In this document: positions 11,982 to 25,597 of the stretch, in pieces | Layout of the letters: every line of letters starts with the position of its first letter | Numbering within the stretch: position 1 is the stretch's first letter | DNA from: Geosiphon pyriformis uo1 | Taxonomy: Eukaryota > Fungi > Glomeromycota | DNA: 64,000 bases | Direction: 5' to 3' | Assembly (NCBI GenBank): GCA_016748015.1 | Contig: JAAOMT010000675.1 | Location: forward strand, 682,001 to 746,000 | The notes under the pieces: model-generated | Told to the model about the DNA's origin: nothing | Seen by the model: the letters and a program-made list of their open reading frames with translations, nothing else | Database searches by the model: none | Made by a program: the position numbers and the translations under genes

Positions 11982-14632
11982 ATGGCCTTGTAATCAGTAT
12001 TAAAAAAAGTAAATACAAAGATAATTCCATGACCAAAAATTATTAATAACAAGTTCTTACTTACAAAAATATAATTTAAAACCTTTTTAACACCTTTTAA
12101 ATTGCTTTAAGTTGAGATTTTAACTAATAGATGTCTATCAAATAAGTTAATTAAATCCAAATCCAAACAGAATTTGAAACTTGCACTCTTTTCAGACTTA
12201 TTTTCATTAAAATTTCCACCCAAAACCACAAAAATACTGGAGTTAACAGTCTTAACAATAAAAAAATTAACATTCAAAGTTTGACCAAACCTAGCTTCAG
12301 CAAAAACACTAGTATACAAATCCAAAACTGTAACCAAGATCTTGTTTTTAAAAAAAAAACTGTATTAAAATAACATAACCAGAAATTTTTTCTATCTTAA
12401 AAATATGTCAAGTCAAAGAATTGTTTATAACAATAGTCATTTTAGCATCAGAAAAACTTTTATCTAAACCAAACATAAAAAATCACACTTTATTAAACTT
12501 ATTTGCAATCTATAATTTAACACTAAATTTTAACTTTGTTTCTGTAATAAAAAATACTATATTATTCAAATTTATATGCCAATAAACAATGTCTTCTTGT
12601 TTTATAAAAACATTGTGTCTTGAACATTACATATAGTAAACTTTCAAGCTAAATCAATTATTAAGATAAAAAAAATGTCTGAAAATCTAAGTTAATATAC
12701 AACTAATTCAATTTTATCAAAACTAAATTAACAGAAACTTTAAGAGCCACTATTTTCGATTTCAATCCACTTACTTTGGTGGTTAAAATCTTTAATTTGC
12801 TTAAATCTAAATTCAAAACCATACTATTTGCAATTGAAAAAAAAAGGGCAGATGACTTAAATAAGTTATCCAAAGCCATATCCAAATTTAATCCTAAATT
12901 TGAAAAAAAAAACACACTAGAAGAAAGAGATTGAAAAGTAAATACCAAGGACACCAGATTCACACTAATTAATTTTTACACAGTACTTGATACTTGTTTA
13001 ACCAAAAACTTTAAAGAACATTTTAAAAAAGCCAAACAAGCATTAATAGAAAAATTATCTTAGACAATTATAAGACTTTTTTTAATACATAACATATTAG
13101 AAAAAAGGACTCAAAACCAGAATCAGAATTAAAGTAAGTATTATTAGAGAAGACAATAAGTGAAATCATTTGTACCTAAAATTTGGCACTAAAGACAATA
13201 AGACAAAATATAAAAACACTTTTTTTTGCATATAATTTGGCCAATTAAAGGTGATTTGCATCTAAAACAATTTTTTTAAATGGTTTTAAAGGGTTAAGAA
13301 CAAATACATCTAATATATTACACTTTAAAGCAAAATATTCAAACTTCTCATATTTTTTACACTGAACCAAATTTATTCTAACCCAAAAAAATGTTATATT
13401 ACCAAAAATTGGCTTTATATAAAAAACAAACTTTAGTTTTTTATCTGTTTTAAAACCAATTACAGTATAGCAAACCTAGTTATTAGTATTAAATAAGTGA
13501 TTAATAATACAAGTTTTTTTACCAGTTTCTTCTAACATATTACTAAGATTATAAGCAATTGTTTTCACAAACAAAGTAAATAAAAGTACCTTAAAACAAT
13601 TCCTAAACATTCAAGTTTTGTGGTTTTTTATAGTCTTAATTATGTGTACTGAATTTTTTTTGATTAAAAACAACTATTTTGCTGTCAACTAATCTGCTTA
13701 ATTTGATTTGACAAACTCTATCACAGTTTTTTGCTACAGTTTAATTAATTGTAATCGGATTGATATTACTTGACCAAACTCAGAGAAAGCTATAACAATT
13801 ATTTTTTTTAATATATTTATGAGAATTTTTATTATTATTACAATTTAATCTAAATAAATTTTTTGTTTTTTAAGATTATTGTTTATTATAATGTCTTTTT
13901 TTTTGGCCAATAATATGGTTTTTTTCATGCTTTTTTCTAATGTAAATATTAATCTAATTATCTTTTCAAATTTTGAAGAAGTAGTAACTCTCTCAAAATC
14001 ATTAATTAATAAAAAAATTTTCTTAATAACTTGAGTTTTTATTATTGCCAATTTGTTTTTTGCAAAGAAATTAATATCTAAAGCAAACAATTTCTTAAAA
14101 ACAATTTTTATTTGAGTTTTAACAAATTTTAGATTAATTTACTTCTTGTTTAAAGAAATAAATAGGCAGAAAAGAAGAAAAATCTCATTTTTATTATCTA
14201 TATTATAGACCAGAAAGCCAATTAGAGAACCAATTACAGCACCAGTATTAACTTTTTGGTCTTAAGTGTATTTATTCTAAAATCTAACTAAGCTTTACTC
14301 TTATTATTAGTATTATTATTTGTATTTATTTTAACAAATTGGCCAGCAATTTTTTTGAATTTCTAAAACTTAAATTCACTTTAATATCAGAATGTTTAAT
14401 ATTATTAAGTAATAATTTCTGCTTTTAAGCCAAGTTTTTACTAATAAAACTTGAAGCTGTAACTTTGGCTAATTTTTTTAGTACTAAAATTATTTATAAT
14501 AGTAGTCAATTTGATAATAAAAGAGTTAAATATTTGAGAAATAATGAAATATGCAATAGTAAAATAGAAACAACTTTTTTTAAAAATTTAAACTCTTTTT
14601 TTTGAGATTTGAGATGAAGAAAAAAAAAAGTT
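11982..14632 (-). mobile_element. LINE-a, 5' fragment (ORF1 plus start of APE endonuclease), very degenerate, cut by the family B LTR element
   Basis: ORFs 13845-14090, 12703-12963 and 12107-12337 (VLGGNFNE) are homologous to LINE-b ORF1/ORF2. The 5' limit is approximate. Confidence 0.85.
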
Positions 14633-14872
14633 ATTTATATTAGTTATTTATATATATTAAATTAATTAATTCTATTTAAATTTATTTGGCATATTATTTT
14701 TTTAAAATATTAATTATATATTAATAATATTAATTATAATTTTTTTTTTTCTATGTTTATTGAGTAAAGTCCAAACATTACCTAATGCTATACATCAAAT
14801 AATTGATCTAAATTAGGCATGAATCATGCACTTTCTACATGTGACTAGCCACTCAAGCCAATCAGAACAACA

Positions 14873-17800
14873 CTATGCACTTATATGAACAGAAACCGCA
14901 TATAAAGCACCAGAAATGAACAAACTAAATTTATGCAAACCAAACCTAATACCCAATGCATCATTAATACCTGACAACCCCAGCCAAATACAGAGAAGAC
15001 AAACCAGAAATAAAAACTGGCATAGAACTGTCTCGAGGAATTAACCTATGTTTCTCCATAAAGGCACAATATTTAACATGTACCAACCAAATTTCATCTC
15101 TAAAAGCCAGGCAAAAATCATGGACAAAGTCCACAATTTTTGCACCAGCAAGTTTCAGATTACCAAAAACAGAAACCGCCTCAAAAAACCAATCATTAAA
15201 AACAAAGCCTTTGCACAGAGCAACACAAACTGAGGTGTCAAAAATGCATGAAGAAAGAGTTTGCAGCATGTGAGAAGAAGAACAATGAAGGCCAGAAATA
15301 CCTTCCTATTTAACCACAAAATCACCAAGCAGCCAATCACGACTAGCAAAGTCAGAATCACAGGAAAAAACATGGTTTGAGACCTTTACACATCCACAAT
15401 ACAAACAAACCACACTAGGGTAACTCCTATCATAGAGACATTTGTGAACGGCCACAGGCAGTCTATGATGCAGAGCTTTTATGAAATACATGTGCAAACC
15501 AGCAGTCTGTTTACTAGTAAAACTAGCAGCCATGTATGAATTGGGATGCCAAACAGAAGAAAATCTGCGCCAATCGATATCAGTGAACAATTCATCAGCG
15601 ACAACTCTGGTACCTGAACCAAAACCCCAATATAAATGGTGAATGGACCAATAAATATCATGCACAAAATGCCTAGAATTACCCAAAACAGGACTACCAC
15701 CAGCCAGGATAAACCACTCATCCAGCTGGGGGGGAAGAACAAAATTGGAAAGAGCTGCATGGCCAGCCAGTTCATTAGTCCGGTCATTACCTATAACACC
15801 AGAATGTCCCTTAACCTTACACCAGCTGACATCTAGCCTCTTAGCATGAACAAGATTAGCAATATAATGATGCTCCACCCAACAACTATTCCAAAAATCC
15901 GGATGTGCCAAACCCAATTCCGACCTACAGGCATCCAACGCAGCCTAACTATCCGAAAATAAGCAAACTTTGCTAACCACAGGAACACACTCAAGAGCAA
16001 GTGCAATAGCTTGCAACTCTACCAAAGTAGATGACAACAAACCCAATACTCTAACACCCAAACCCATATTAATATCATCAAAGAAAACCACTGTACCCAA
16101 TTTAACACTGAGAGTACCCAAACCAGCCAAGGATCTATTGGTATAAACTAAAAGGCTATTAGCACCCAATCCCAACAAACAATTATGAACCAAATCAAAA
16201 TCAGTGGATTTCAAGACATTAGGAGCAAAAGAAACATCCACCGAACAGTCATGAACAGAAAAAGATGAGTCTGCACTACCAAGATAACCAACAGAAACAT
16301 TAAACCAATTAGGAATAGAGCCACGTAGGTCCAGCCTTTTCCAATGCTTGAAAGTCTTCCAGTCAAAAGCACCATCATTGCAATGACGCAATTGTTCCAC
16401 AAAGGCAATTCTATACCGCCGAAGTAAGGAGAAACACTTAGAAAATTTCACCTTTCCAAAAACCAAAGACATAGGAGTACCATGGAAGAATCAGAATGCA
16501 CTGGGGCCGAGACTACTAAAAGATAAACTGCAATCGGCAAAAATACGAACCACACCTACCAGAAAATTGTTCGAGAAATTCAATTTTAAACAAGCTGAGG
16601 AGACCAAAGAGTGCACAGGACGCCAGCTCAGACCCTGTAAGTCATAAAACCTATAGAGAGACAAATGACCCAGAATTCCAACAGCATTGGCAAAACACAC
16701 TATAGATGCTGATTTACTCTCAGCCTGAATCTGTTCAAAAGTTTTTAAGCTGTTGTTACTGGAGGTTTTTGGTCTCTTCTTAGCTCTTGTATGTTTATTG
16801 TAATGCTGTTAATTTACGATTATGGGAAGTGTTTGAACCTCCGATAACTGAATTTATCCTCAAATTATCTCCTATAATTTGAGCTGCTGGGCTTATGAGT
16901 GGAATGGCCAATTCCTTGCCAGTTGCTTTTATGTAGTTACATTGTAGTAAACATCAACTCTTTCCCAGGAATTGCTTGTCTGGAAGCTCACTAAAAATGT
17001 GTAGTTACTTTGCTGTGAAAGTCAACTCTTCTACAGGAATCTCGTCTGTAGGCTACTCTAATGATTGTAATAAGAAAATAAAAGAAAAATAAAAGAAATG
17101 TAAAAGAAATAGAATTTCTGTCAAGGGAAACGTTTTCTATCCAGGCCTGGAGTCACTAACAGTTTACTGAAATTGGTAGCTAATTAATTTCAAACTGTTT
17201 AGTAGGAATTAGTTAATTTCAAAAATGAAATAATTTAGGATTTAATTTTTCGAATTATTTGATATTTATTTCGTTTTTGTGTATAAAGGATGATTCTAAT
17301 TGTTAAATCTAAAGTAAAATACATTTTTTTGAAGAGAGAAGCTCTTCTTTTATACAACTTGTCGTAACACTATTTTATGAACTTAAACTTTGCTATTTTC
17401 TACAATTTTGCTGAACTAAAGATACATTTTGGCAAACTACAAGTTATTTCTGCGAACTATTAGATATTTTGGTGAACTATCAATTATTTCGGTGAATTTC
17501 TATAAATTTTGGTGAACTTTTGAATGTTACATAGTTCGGAGTATTGCATGATTGATCATCGCAATTAGGTTACATTTGTGTTGTGTACAATTTGGGTTAT
17601 TAATTAAATAATAATTTCGGACATTTTTGCTAATGTAATAAGTGATAATTTGAAACAATGCTAATTAATGATAGGAATTATAAGATAATTTTATGCTAAA
17701 TAATATCTCTAATTTCGTCTGATAACACTATAAAGAGATGGGTAATGAAGAGCATCATTGGGGAAGTTCGAAAGAAGACCCACTTTGGATTTAAAGTTTT

Positions 17801-20535
17801 TACGAATCAAAGCATTTCATTTACAGCAAACACTAAGTGGAACAAAACTAAACTGTGTTCTATAACTGACGATGGGATGAAGAACCGCTAAAACTAAATA
17901 TGAGAACTGCTTATCAGAGATGGCTTTCTTCAGGACGAGATTGGTGAAAAACTGGACATTCGAATGTGCCTTGGCCAAAACTGGGTTTTGACAAACCACC
18001 CATAGACAGAAAAATGCCCAAATACTGGTGAGGTTTCCCTTTCTTGGCAATAGAAATAGGTGCACCATTGATTGTAAGAAAGGGGCTCACAACTCTATAG
18101 TTAATGGAAATTGCCACTGTTTTATCATTGTTTATTGAAATATTATTAATTCTAAAAAATTTACTAGCAACATTGAGAATGTTTTGTGTTGCAGTCTGAC
18201 TGCTGCCAACCCAAATTGTATTGTCCACAAAAGCACCAGCAGCAAAAAAAGAGGAAAAACCAGCCTGAGGTTCAACATAGCCAGTCTTAGCAACAAAATG
18301 AGAGTTCAACCTGTATCCACAAAATTCTTCTTGTCTCTTGACTTCACACAAAAGAGAATTATAAAATATATGCCAGAGAAGAGATGAGAACACTTCCCCT
18401 TAATTAAGACTATCATGGACTTGATAACCATCAGTTAAACCAAAGTCAGTCATTACTCTGTTGACTTGGTTATTGTGAATGCCACCAAAAAATCAAATAA
18501 ACCCGCCACATATTTTAATCCTAATCAGACTCCTTTTTAAATGCTCTCAGCCAACAGAATCATAGGCTTTCTTCATGTCCTGCAATACCAGCCAAAGCTC
18601 ACGGTTCTTCTCCAGAGCATTCTTAACCACAGAGCCGATAGCAAAGATAGGAGATTGTGTCATTGTACCTTTCAAAACCAAAAAATTGTCTCTGCAGAGA
18701 ACGTTGTGAGTACTGCATGCCAAAGAAATCCTGTTCGAGAGGATCTTTGAAAAGATTTTACAAGCTGTTTCAATCAAAGCAATGGGTCAGGTGTTCGTAA
18801 GAACTCTTTTCCACTCATAAGGCTTGAAGATCATGGACACCCAGGCTTCCTTCCAAGGATGAGGAACTGACTCATAGAGCAAACAAGAGTTTAAGAGCAC
18901 CAACAACATATTCAAAACTGATTCGTCACAATGCTTCCAAAGCTCGTTCGAAATACCAGACAAACCAGCAGCCTTATTATTAGGTAAGTCCGAAACAACA
19001 CCAAGCAACTCAACAAAACCAATAGGATCCATTATTCTCGAAAATGCATCATCAAATACATACTCCAAGAGTTGATACTGATAACACCAATCAGCAAAGA
19101 TATCAGTAACCAACTTGCGTTTTCTGGTCCAGTCCTCCATGATAATATCCACTTTAGATTTAACTAAACTAGGATCTAAAACCAGTTCATTATCAACAAC
19201 CAAGTGATTTAATACCACCTTGTGAAAGAGGTGCTCTAGCACACTTCTAATTATATGACCCTTATTCACCTTAAAACTTTCCATCCTCCTACTAACTACT
19301 GATCTAATACGAGATTCTTCAGCACACTTTGACTTAGACAATTTAGAGAAATGATACAACTTCCTGACTCTGAACAAAACAGATCTTATAACCTCAAAAT
19401 GTGACTTTGAAAGAAAAAGAGACTCCACCACAGAAGCATTTGTAGTGTCCAATGAGTTCCATGTGCCCAGTAATGCAACAAATTTCTCAAAGGAGACCAA
19501 ACATGATGCCTTAACTAGTTTAGACACCAAAAGTTCTAACTTGTGAAACTTAGATGATTTTTTAGTAAACACATTATTATAACTCTTGAACCATTTTTTT
19601 TTGAAAACATCATTTGTTGATAAGCACACAATTTTGTGGATGACATCCCACATAGCATTCAGATCCAGAAACAATAGAGCAGTATCAAACTTGCACTTAA
19701 ACATTGCCATGGTGACAGCAGAAAATTCCTTGAATGCAGCCCATTTGGCAGCCGTAGCATTCTTAAAATTGAACTTCCAATGATTCTTATTCGTCTGTTT
19801 GCGAAGAAACATCAAACTAACATTCAAAAGACCACCTAGGCCCATGGAAACAGTAACAGCCCTATAATCAATATCAAAATATTCATCAACTCTGGTTACA
19901 CTATGATCTAAGATTGCATTGACCAAGTTTAATGACACAAACACGTAATCAATAGTCTTGGCCACCCCTCGAGAATTGGTCCAAGTCGCATTCTTCCCAA
20001 ACAAATTACCTCCCAAGGCATTGACCAAACCCAAATCAAAACATTTTCTGAAACTAGCACACCTGTGAGAGCCATCTTCATTGAAATTACTGCCCAATAT
20101 CACGAAAGAGGACTCATTAACAGCTTTAGGAATCAAAGAATTTATCTCATCCACTTGTGAGAAGTGCGCAAATACTGAAGCACCAGCATACAAACCCAAA
20201 ATCAACACTGAAAGCTTATTTTTGAAAAGCAGCTTGACAGACAAAAAACGACCAGGAACCTCAAAAACTCTACATATATGTTTTGCTAGAGTATTGTCCA
20301 TAATAATCGTCACACCAGAACCAAGGTAACCAGAATCCAAACCAGAAACGAAGACCCGAACATCATCAAATTTATTAGCAATCCAAGGCCGAACCTTATC
20401 TTTTAACTTTGTCTCAGTAATAATTGAAACCAAATTGTTCATATCTCTGTGCCAATGTATAATGTTCTTTTGCTTTGCTGAATTGTTCATTCCCCTAACA
20501 TTACATATGGCTATTTTCCATACTAAATTATTCAT
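14873..20535 (-). pseudogene. LINE-b ORF2 (APE endonuclease, reverse transcriptase, RNase H, C-terminal Cys/His motif)
   Basis: Motifs: CNVRG, ETK, G.FN, IDYVF (APE); QDMKKAYDSV, FVDN (RT); ELQAIALALE, FSDS, KVKGHSGVIGND (RNase H); CLYCG...HVFSC. Confidence 0.92.
16754..17727 (-). mobile_element. Solo LTR of family B inserted in LINE-b ORF2
   Basis: TGTTA...TAACA termini, 974 bp, 4-bp TSD CTGT/CTAT; the LINE frame HYPSLY|.LKTFEQIQ resumes across it. Confidence 0.9.
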
Positions 20536-22412
20536 TGAGGTATAGAAGAGACCGCAAAACTTGAGCCAGCACACATTTGATCTAACTTCTCCAATACCAA
20601 ACAAATCAAAACTTTGAGAGCCACCAACTTTGACTCCAAAAAGCCCACTTTCAAAGTCAAAATCTTTGAACTGCTCGAACCCAAACTTGAGACACCAGAG
20701 GAAACCAAAGAAGGAGGAAGAACCACAGACTCAGGTTCATCCAAAACCATATCCAAACCAAATTTCATATTAACTGAACCAGAGACAACCAAGGGCTGAG
20801 AGGAGGAGGCAAGAGCCAAAGACACCAGGTTTAAACTGTCAAGTTTGTCAATAATATCAGACACCTTATCTATGAGAAGTTCCAAAGAGTGCTTCAAAGA
20901 AATGAGACGAGTTTCCAAAAATGAACTAACAGGATTCATAGGAGACGAGTAACCTGCCACACCTAAAGCATCAGAAGAAGAGCCAAAACCAGAACCAGAA
21001 CCAGAGTGAGAACCATTAAACGAAGATACCAGAGAGACAACCTGGGTTCATGATTTGCCGCCGAATGCAGCCGGTCTAGAAATAGACACACTCTTTTTTG
21101 TATACAGCTTGGCCAACTGAAGGCAATTCTCATTAGAGACAATCCTTTTAAATGACCTGGAAAGAGTAGGAGAGGTTGAGGTTTCAGCATCACACTTTAG
21201 AACAGAATGATCAAGTTTCCCACATTGTCTACACTGAACTATGTCCAATCTAGCCCAAGACAATCTTACCCCACCAAAAATAGGCTCCGTATGAAATGCA
21301 GACTCCAATACCTTGTTATTCTCAAAACAAACCACAGCATAACAAACCCTATTACCAGTGTCTAAGGATCAATTTATGACACAAGTTTTCCCACCAGCCC
21401 CTGCCAAAAGATCGCCAAGATCATGAGCCATTGTTCTCACTAGCAAAGTAAACAAAAGCACTCTATACCAATCCCTAGATGCCCATGTCTCACGATCCCT
21501 TACAGCTTTGGCCATGCGCACTGAATTTTTCCCGATTAAGAATAACCACTTAGCTGCAAACTGATCTGTCTGACTCGATTCGGCAAACTCCACTACAGTC
21601 TTCTGTTACAACCCAATGAGTTGCAATCGGATTGACACTATTTGACCAAACTCGGATACTGCGGCGATGATCATTTCTTTTGGTGTATCCATGGGAATTT
21701 TTTTGATGACTATGGCCCGATCTGAGCAAACTCCTGGTCTCTTAAGATCACTGTTTACTATGATGTTATTTTTTCTGACCAATGATACGGCTTTTTCCAT
21801 GCTCTCTAATGAAGTAAACATTGATTTAATAATCCCTTCAAATTTTGAGGAGGTAGTAGCCCCCCCAAAACCATTGATTTTCGAAAACAATTTCCTGATG
21901 ACTTGAGTTTTGGCCATAGCTGATTTGTTTTCTACAGCTGAAAGATTAATGTCCAGAACAAAAAATTTTTTCACAAACATTTCAACCTGATTTTTAACAA
22001 TTTTAGGATCAATCCACTTTTTTTCTAGAGAGATAGATATGCGAAGGGGAAGCACAATTTCATTATCATCCATAGTGAAGTCAGGAGAGCCAAGTGGAGA
22101 ACCAAACATCATGCCAGTATCAACACGTTTTGCCTTGGGAGTGGTTGCAGTTGAACCCAGAAAAGACCCTCTATATACATCTGTCATGCCAACATTCACA
22201 TTATTACTGAACAGACTATTCACATCAGAGTACATACTATCACCAGGCCCAGATTTACTCAAAGAAATATCTCTCTCATCACCAGAGTGTTTAATATTGC
22301 CAAAAACCACCTTTTTCTTCTGAACAAAAGAACCACCAGCAGGACCATGGAAAGCACTTTTGGGCGCCTTCTTTTTTGATATATCACCACCCAAAACAGT
22401 CTTCAAATCCAT
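20532..22412 (-). pseudogene. LINE-b ORF1 (RRM-like region, CCHC knuckle, coiled-coil C-terminus)
   Basis: Four colinear ORF pieces; CRQCGKLDHSVLKC; homologous to LINE-a and LINE-c ORF1. Confidence 0.88.
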
Positions 22413-23664
22413 GACGAAGGGGTTATTGTTTAAGAAAATGTTGAAAGAAAACTAACAAAAAAATAAAAAAACTTCTTTTTCAGAAAATGCGCTTTTTGAG
22501 GATTTTTGGAGGTAAGAGAGAAAGAAGTTTTATAATTATAATTAACATAATTAAAAACAAATTAATTAATTATATTTTTTAAATAATAATTGTAAATTTA
22601 AAATATTTAATTGTTTAAATACAAATATATAAAAATTTTAGAACATAATAAAACTTATTATTATTAAATTATATGTATTAATTATTAATTTCTATTAATG
22701 TATTTTAGTTTACCAAAATTTTTGTATTTAATTTAAAATTTTAATTGAACTATATTATAATTAAATTTTAATTAAGTTAATTATTAATTTTTTATTTTTA
22801 AAGTTATAGACAATTATATTAAGTAAAAAAAGTCATTATTTTACTAGTATTTATTTTTTTTATTTTACTTTTATTGCTAACTTCAAAATTAATTTTAATA
22901 TTGTAGATTTTTTTGGTTTATACTTTGTATTAGTTTTTGTTTATATATTTATTAAAAATATCTAAATGCTTATTCAAAGATGTTAATTTACCAAAAAAAA
23001 GATTTATTTTATTACCAAAATTAAATTTTTTTTTCTACTTTTTTTATTTTTTGTGTAAAACTACTATTAACAAAACCAAAAATAGTTTTTTTAAATAACT
23101 TATTTTTAATTATATTACTACTTGTAATAATTACCAGATTCAAAACAAAGAAGTTTATATCTTGTAAAATAGTAAAAGATATAATAAAATAAAAACAAAA
23201 AACTTTTTTGCAAAATTATTTTCTCTTTAAGAGATTTAAGATAAAAAAGAAAAAAAAGCTTTATAAAATTTATTTTGGTAATTATATATTATAATAAATT
23301 GTGTAATTTTGATTCTATATTTTTTTATTATTTTTATAAAATTTTATATAAATTATATTATCATTTTGTTAACAATAAATTGTTTTGTTTTTAGTTCGAG
23401 TTTGAATTAAAAAATTAACTATAATTTGAATTTCATAAATCACTTTTATAACATGTAAAGATGGTTTCAAAATTTCCAACTAGTTTCACAAGAAATTATC
23501 GATACAAATTGTCACAGATATTCAATCTGATGGGTACACCAGTGTTGCACTTTTCCAATTTGTGATTAATGGTTAATAAGATTGCTTCGTCCTTATTAAC
23601 CTTCATCGATCACTTTAGTCTTTAGTTCGTTTTTTATAACTTCAACTATAGAGAAAATTTAGCT

Positions 23665-24885
23665 ATGGCCTTTTATTCCAAATACACTAGCTTTTATACC
23701 CTATCCGCGACAGCAAATTTTCGTAATCTGACTTTGATTAACGGAAGCAAGAAAGAAACTCGCCCAGCAACTACTGGAACCCCTGAAAATTACGTTCAAA
23801 TAAAACCAAATAAAGTTGTCCGTGTAGACCTATTAGTGCCTAATACTAAAAAGAAAGCAGATAAACCGCAGCTTGCTGTCAACAAGTCGATGATTAGCCA
23901 CCGAGGTGTTTCTTCAACAGAGTCCTTTGTTTCTGCAAACTTGCAAACTCTCAGCAAGGATCGGTATATATCTGATATGCATCTTTTTACTAGTCTTTTG
24001 TAGAATCACTTCATAAACTCTCCTTTCAAGAGAGATTGATATATATTTTCCCTATTATAGCTAGTTTTGACATACCCTATTAACCTACTTTCATTCTATA
24101 CTATTAGTCCAAAAACGAAGACACTAAACAAGACGAAGCTCATCAACAAACATTGCCGATATGTCCATGAATACGGTATGTGTTTAAATCATTAATTTTT
24201 CGCTCAATTGTTTACAACAACAACTGTTGTTCTGCCAAGCTTTGAAATACCAGACAACGAAGGCTTTGGTGGCAGACAATGGACTCCGTTTCTGGTGACT
24301 CTAGCGTCCTTCATCGGTCATTGGCTATCGATTCTCTTCGATCCCAACCTTTGCACCCATCTGCCGGTCTATGCCAAATGGCTTTCTCGTTCTTGAAATA
24401 ATTTCTCTATACCATAATTTTTTATCTTTTTTTCAGGGCGTTGTAAGGAAGAAGAAAAGTGCGCCTATATTCATGATCAAGCTCGTGTAGGCGTATGCAA
24501 GAGATGGCTTAATGGTGAAACCTGTTCCTTGGGTAAAAAATGTTGTTTAAAACACACTCCTTGTCCTCAGGTAATTCCTCACTGCCGGCACTTCCAGCGA
24601 GGACTTTGCCTTAAAAAGGGTTGCCGTTATACTCATGTGCACGTGGCAAAAAACGCCCTTGTTTGCGAGTTCTTTGCTGAAGAGGGCTATTGCCCAAAAG
24701 GAAACACTTGCAAAGAGAAGCATGAGCGGCGTTCCAGAACAAATAACACCGAAGAGGAAATTTCTAGGCCTCAAAAAAGGAACCGCAGTGAAGATGAAGC
24801 CGATTTAAAAAAATCTAAAAAATCCAAGCCGGACGCAGATGATATCTGGAATCAAGAGTTCATTTCCCTCAAGGATTATATCTAA
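23665..24885 (+). CDS. Tandem CCCH zinc-finger protein, ZC3H3/Red5-like; exons ~23665-23963, 24108-24175, 24437-24885
   Basis: Splicing rebuilds four CCCH fingers (CRYVHEYGRCKEEEKCAYIH, CKRWL..., CRHFQRGLC..., CEFFAEEGYC...). Start codon uncertain. Confidence 0.75.
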
Positions 24886-25597
24886 CTTTCATTTAACCCA
24901 AAAATACAGTGAAGAAGATCCCGGATCTTTTGTAGATATTGTAGATAGAAACAGATATATACAGAAGAAAAAGATGTCAAAATTAACAAGAAATCATATA
25001 ACAAATAAAGAGAAAAGAATTTTAACTGGGATCGATTTGAGAATTACGCTAACTGAAATATTTAATATTTTCTAATGGTTGAAGAATAATGCATTTAAAA
25101 TGTAGTATACAATTATCAAACTCTTTATTTCGTGCACATAACTTAATTTTATGTTACAATATTTAATTATTTCTACTTGTGTTAATATAAACAAATATTA
25201 AATAATATGAGTAATTTTAAACTTAGTTATCATGTTTTCTAATTATTAATTACATGTATAAAAAGTTTGAACATATTAAAATAATAAAACATTTTTTCAA
25301 AAAATATTATTTTTATTTCTTATTTTTAAAAAGCATTTTAATTAATTTTAACATATGCATTTAATTATTAATTAATATAATCAATTAATATTTATTGTTA
25401 CTTACAATAAAAGATTTTACTGATGGCTGGTCACGTGCAGAAAAAAGCATGAGCTGCGTCTATTATAAGATGTTTTAATAGATAGCACAATATAAGATAT
25501 TAAAGCAAAAATAAATCTATCACATGAACTGGAAATTTTCCTTCGAGATTTAATACAAAACCTTTCTTATTTACTTGTGCTGGTTTACTCAAGGAAT

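Larger units (their letters stand above)
14740..22532 (-). mobile_element. LINE-b, full-length non-LTR retrotransposon (ORF1; ORF2 APE-RT-RNase H-Zn knuckle)
   Basis: Poly(A) at 14740-14750 with AATAAA just upstream; candidate low-complexity TSD TAATTATAAT at 14731-14740 and 22533-22542; interrupted by a solo LTR. Confidence 0.93.

Noticed and set aside
18787-20604. 605-aa ORF as an intact host gene
   Set aside because: It is the APE-containing part of LINE-b ORF2 (true start 20535), ending at a nonsense mutation.
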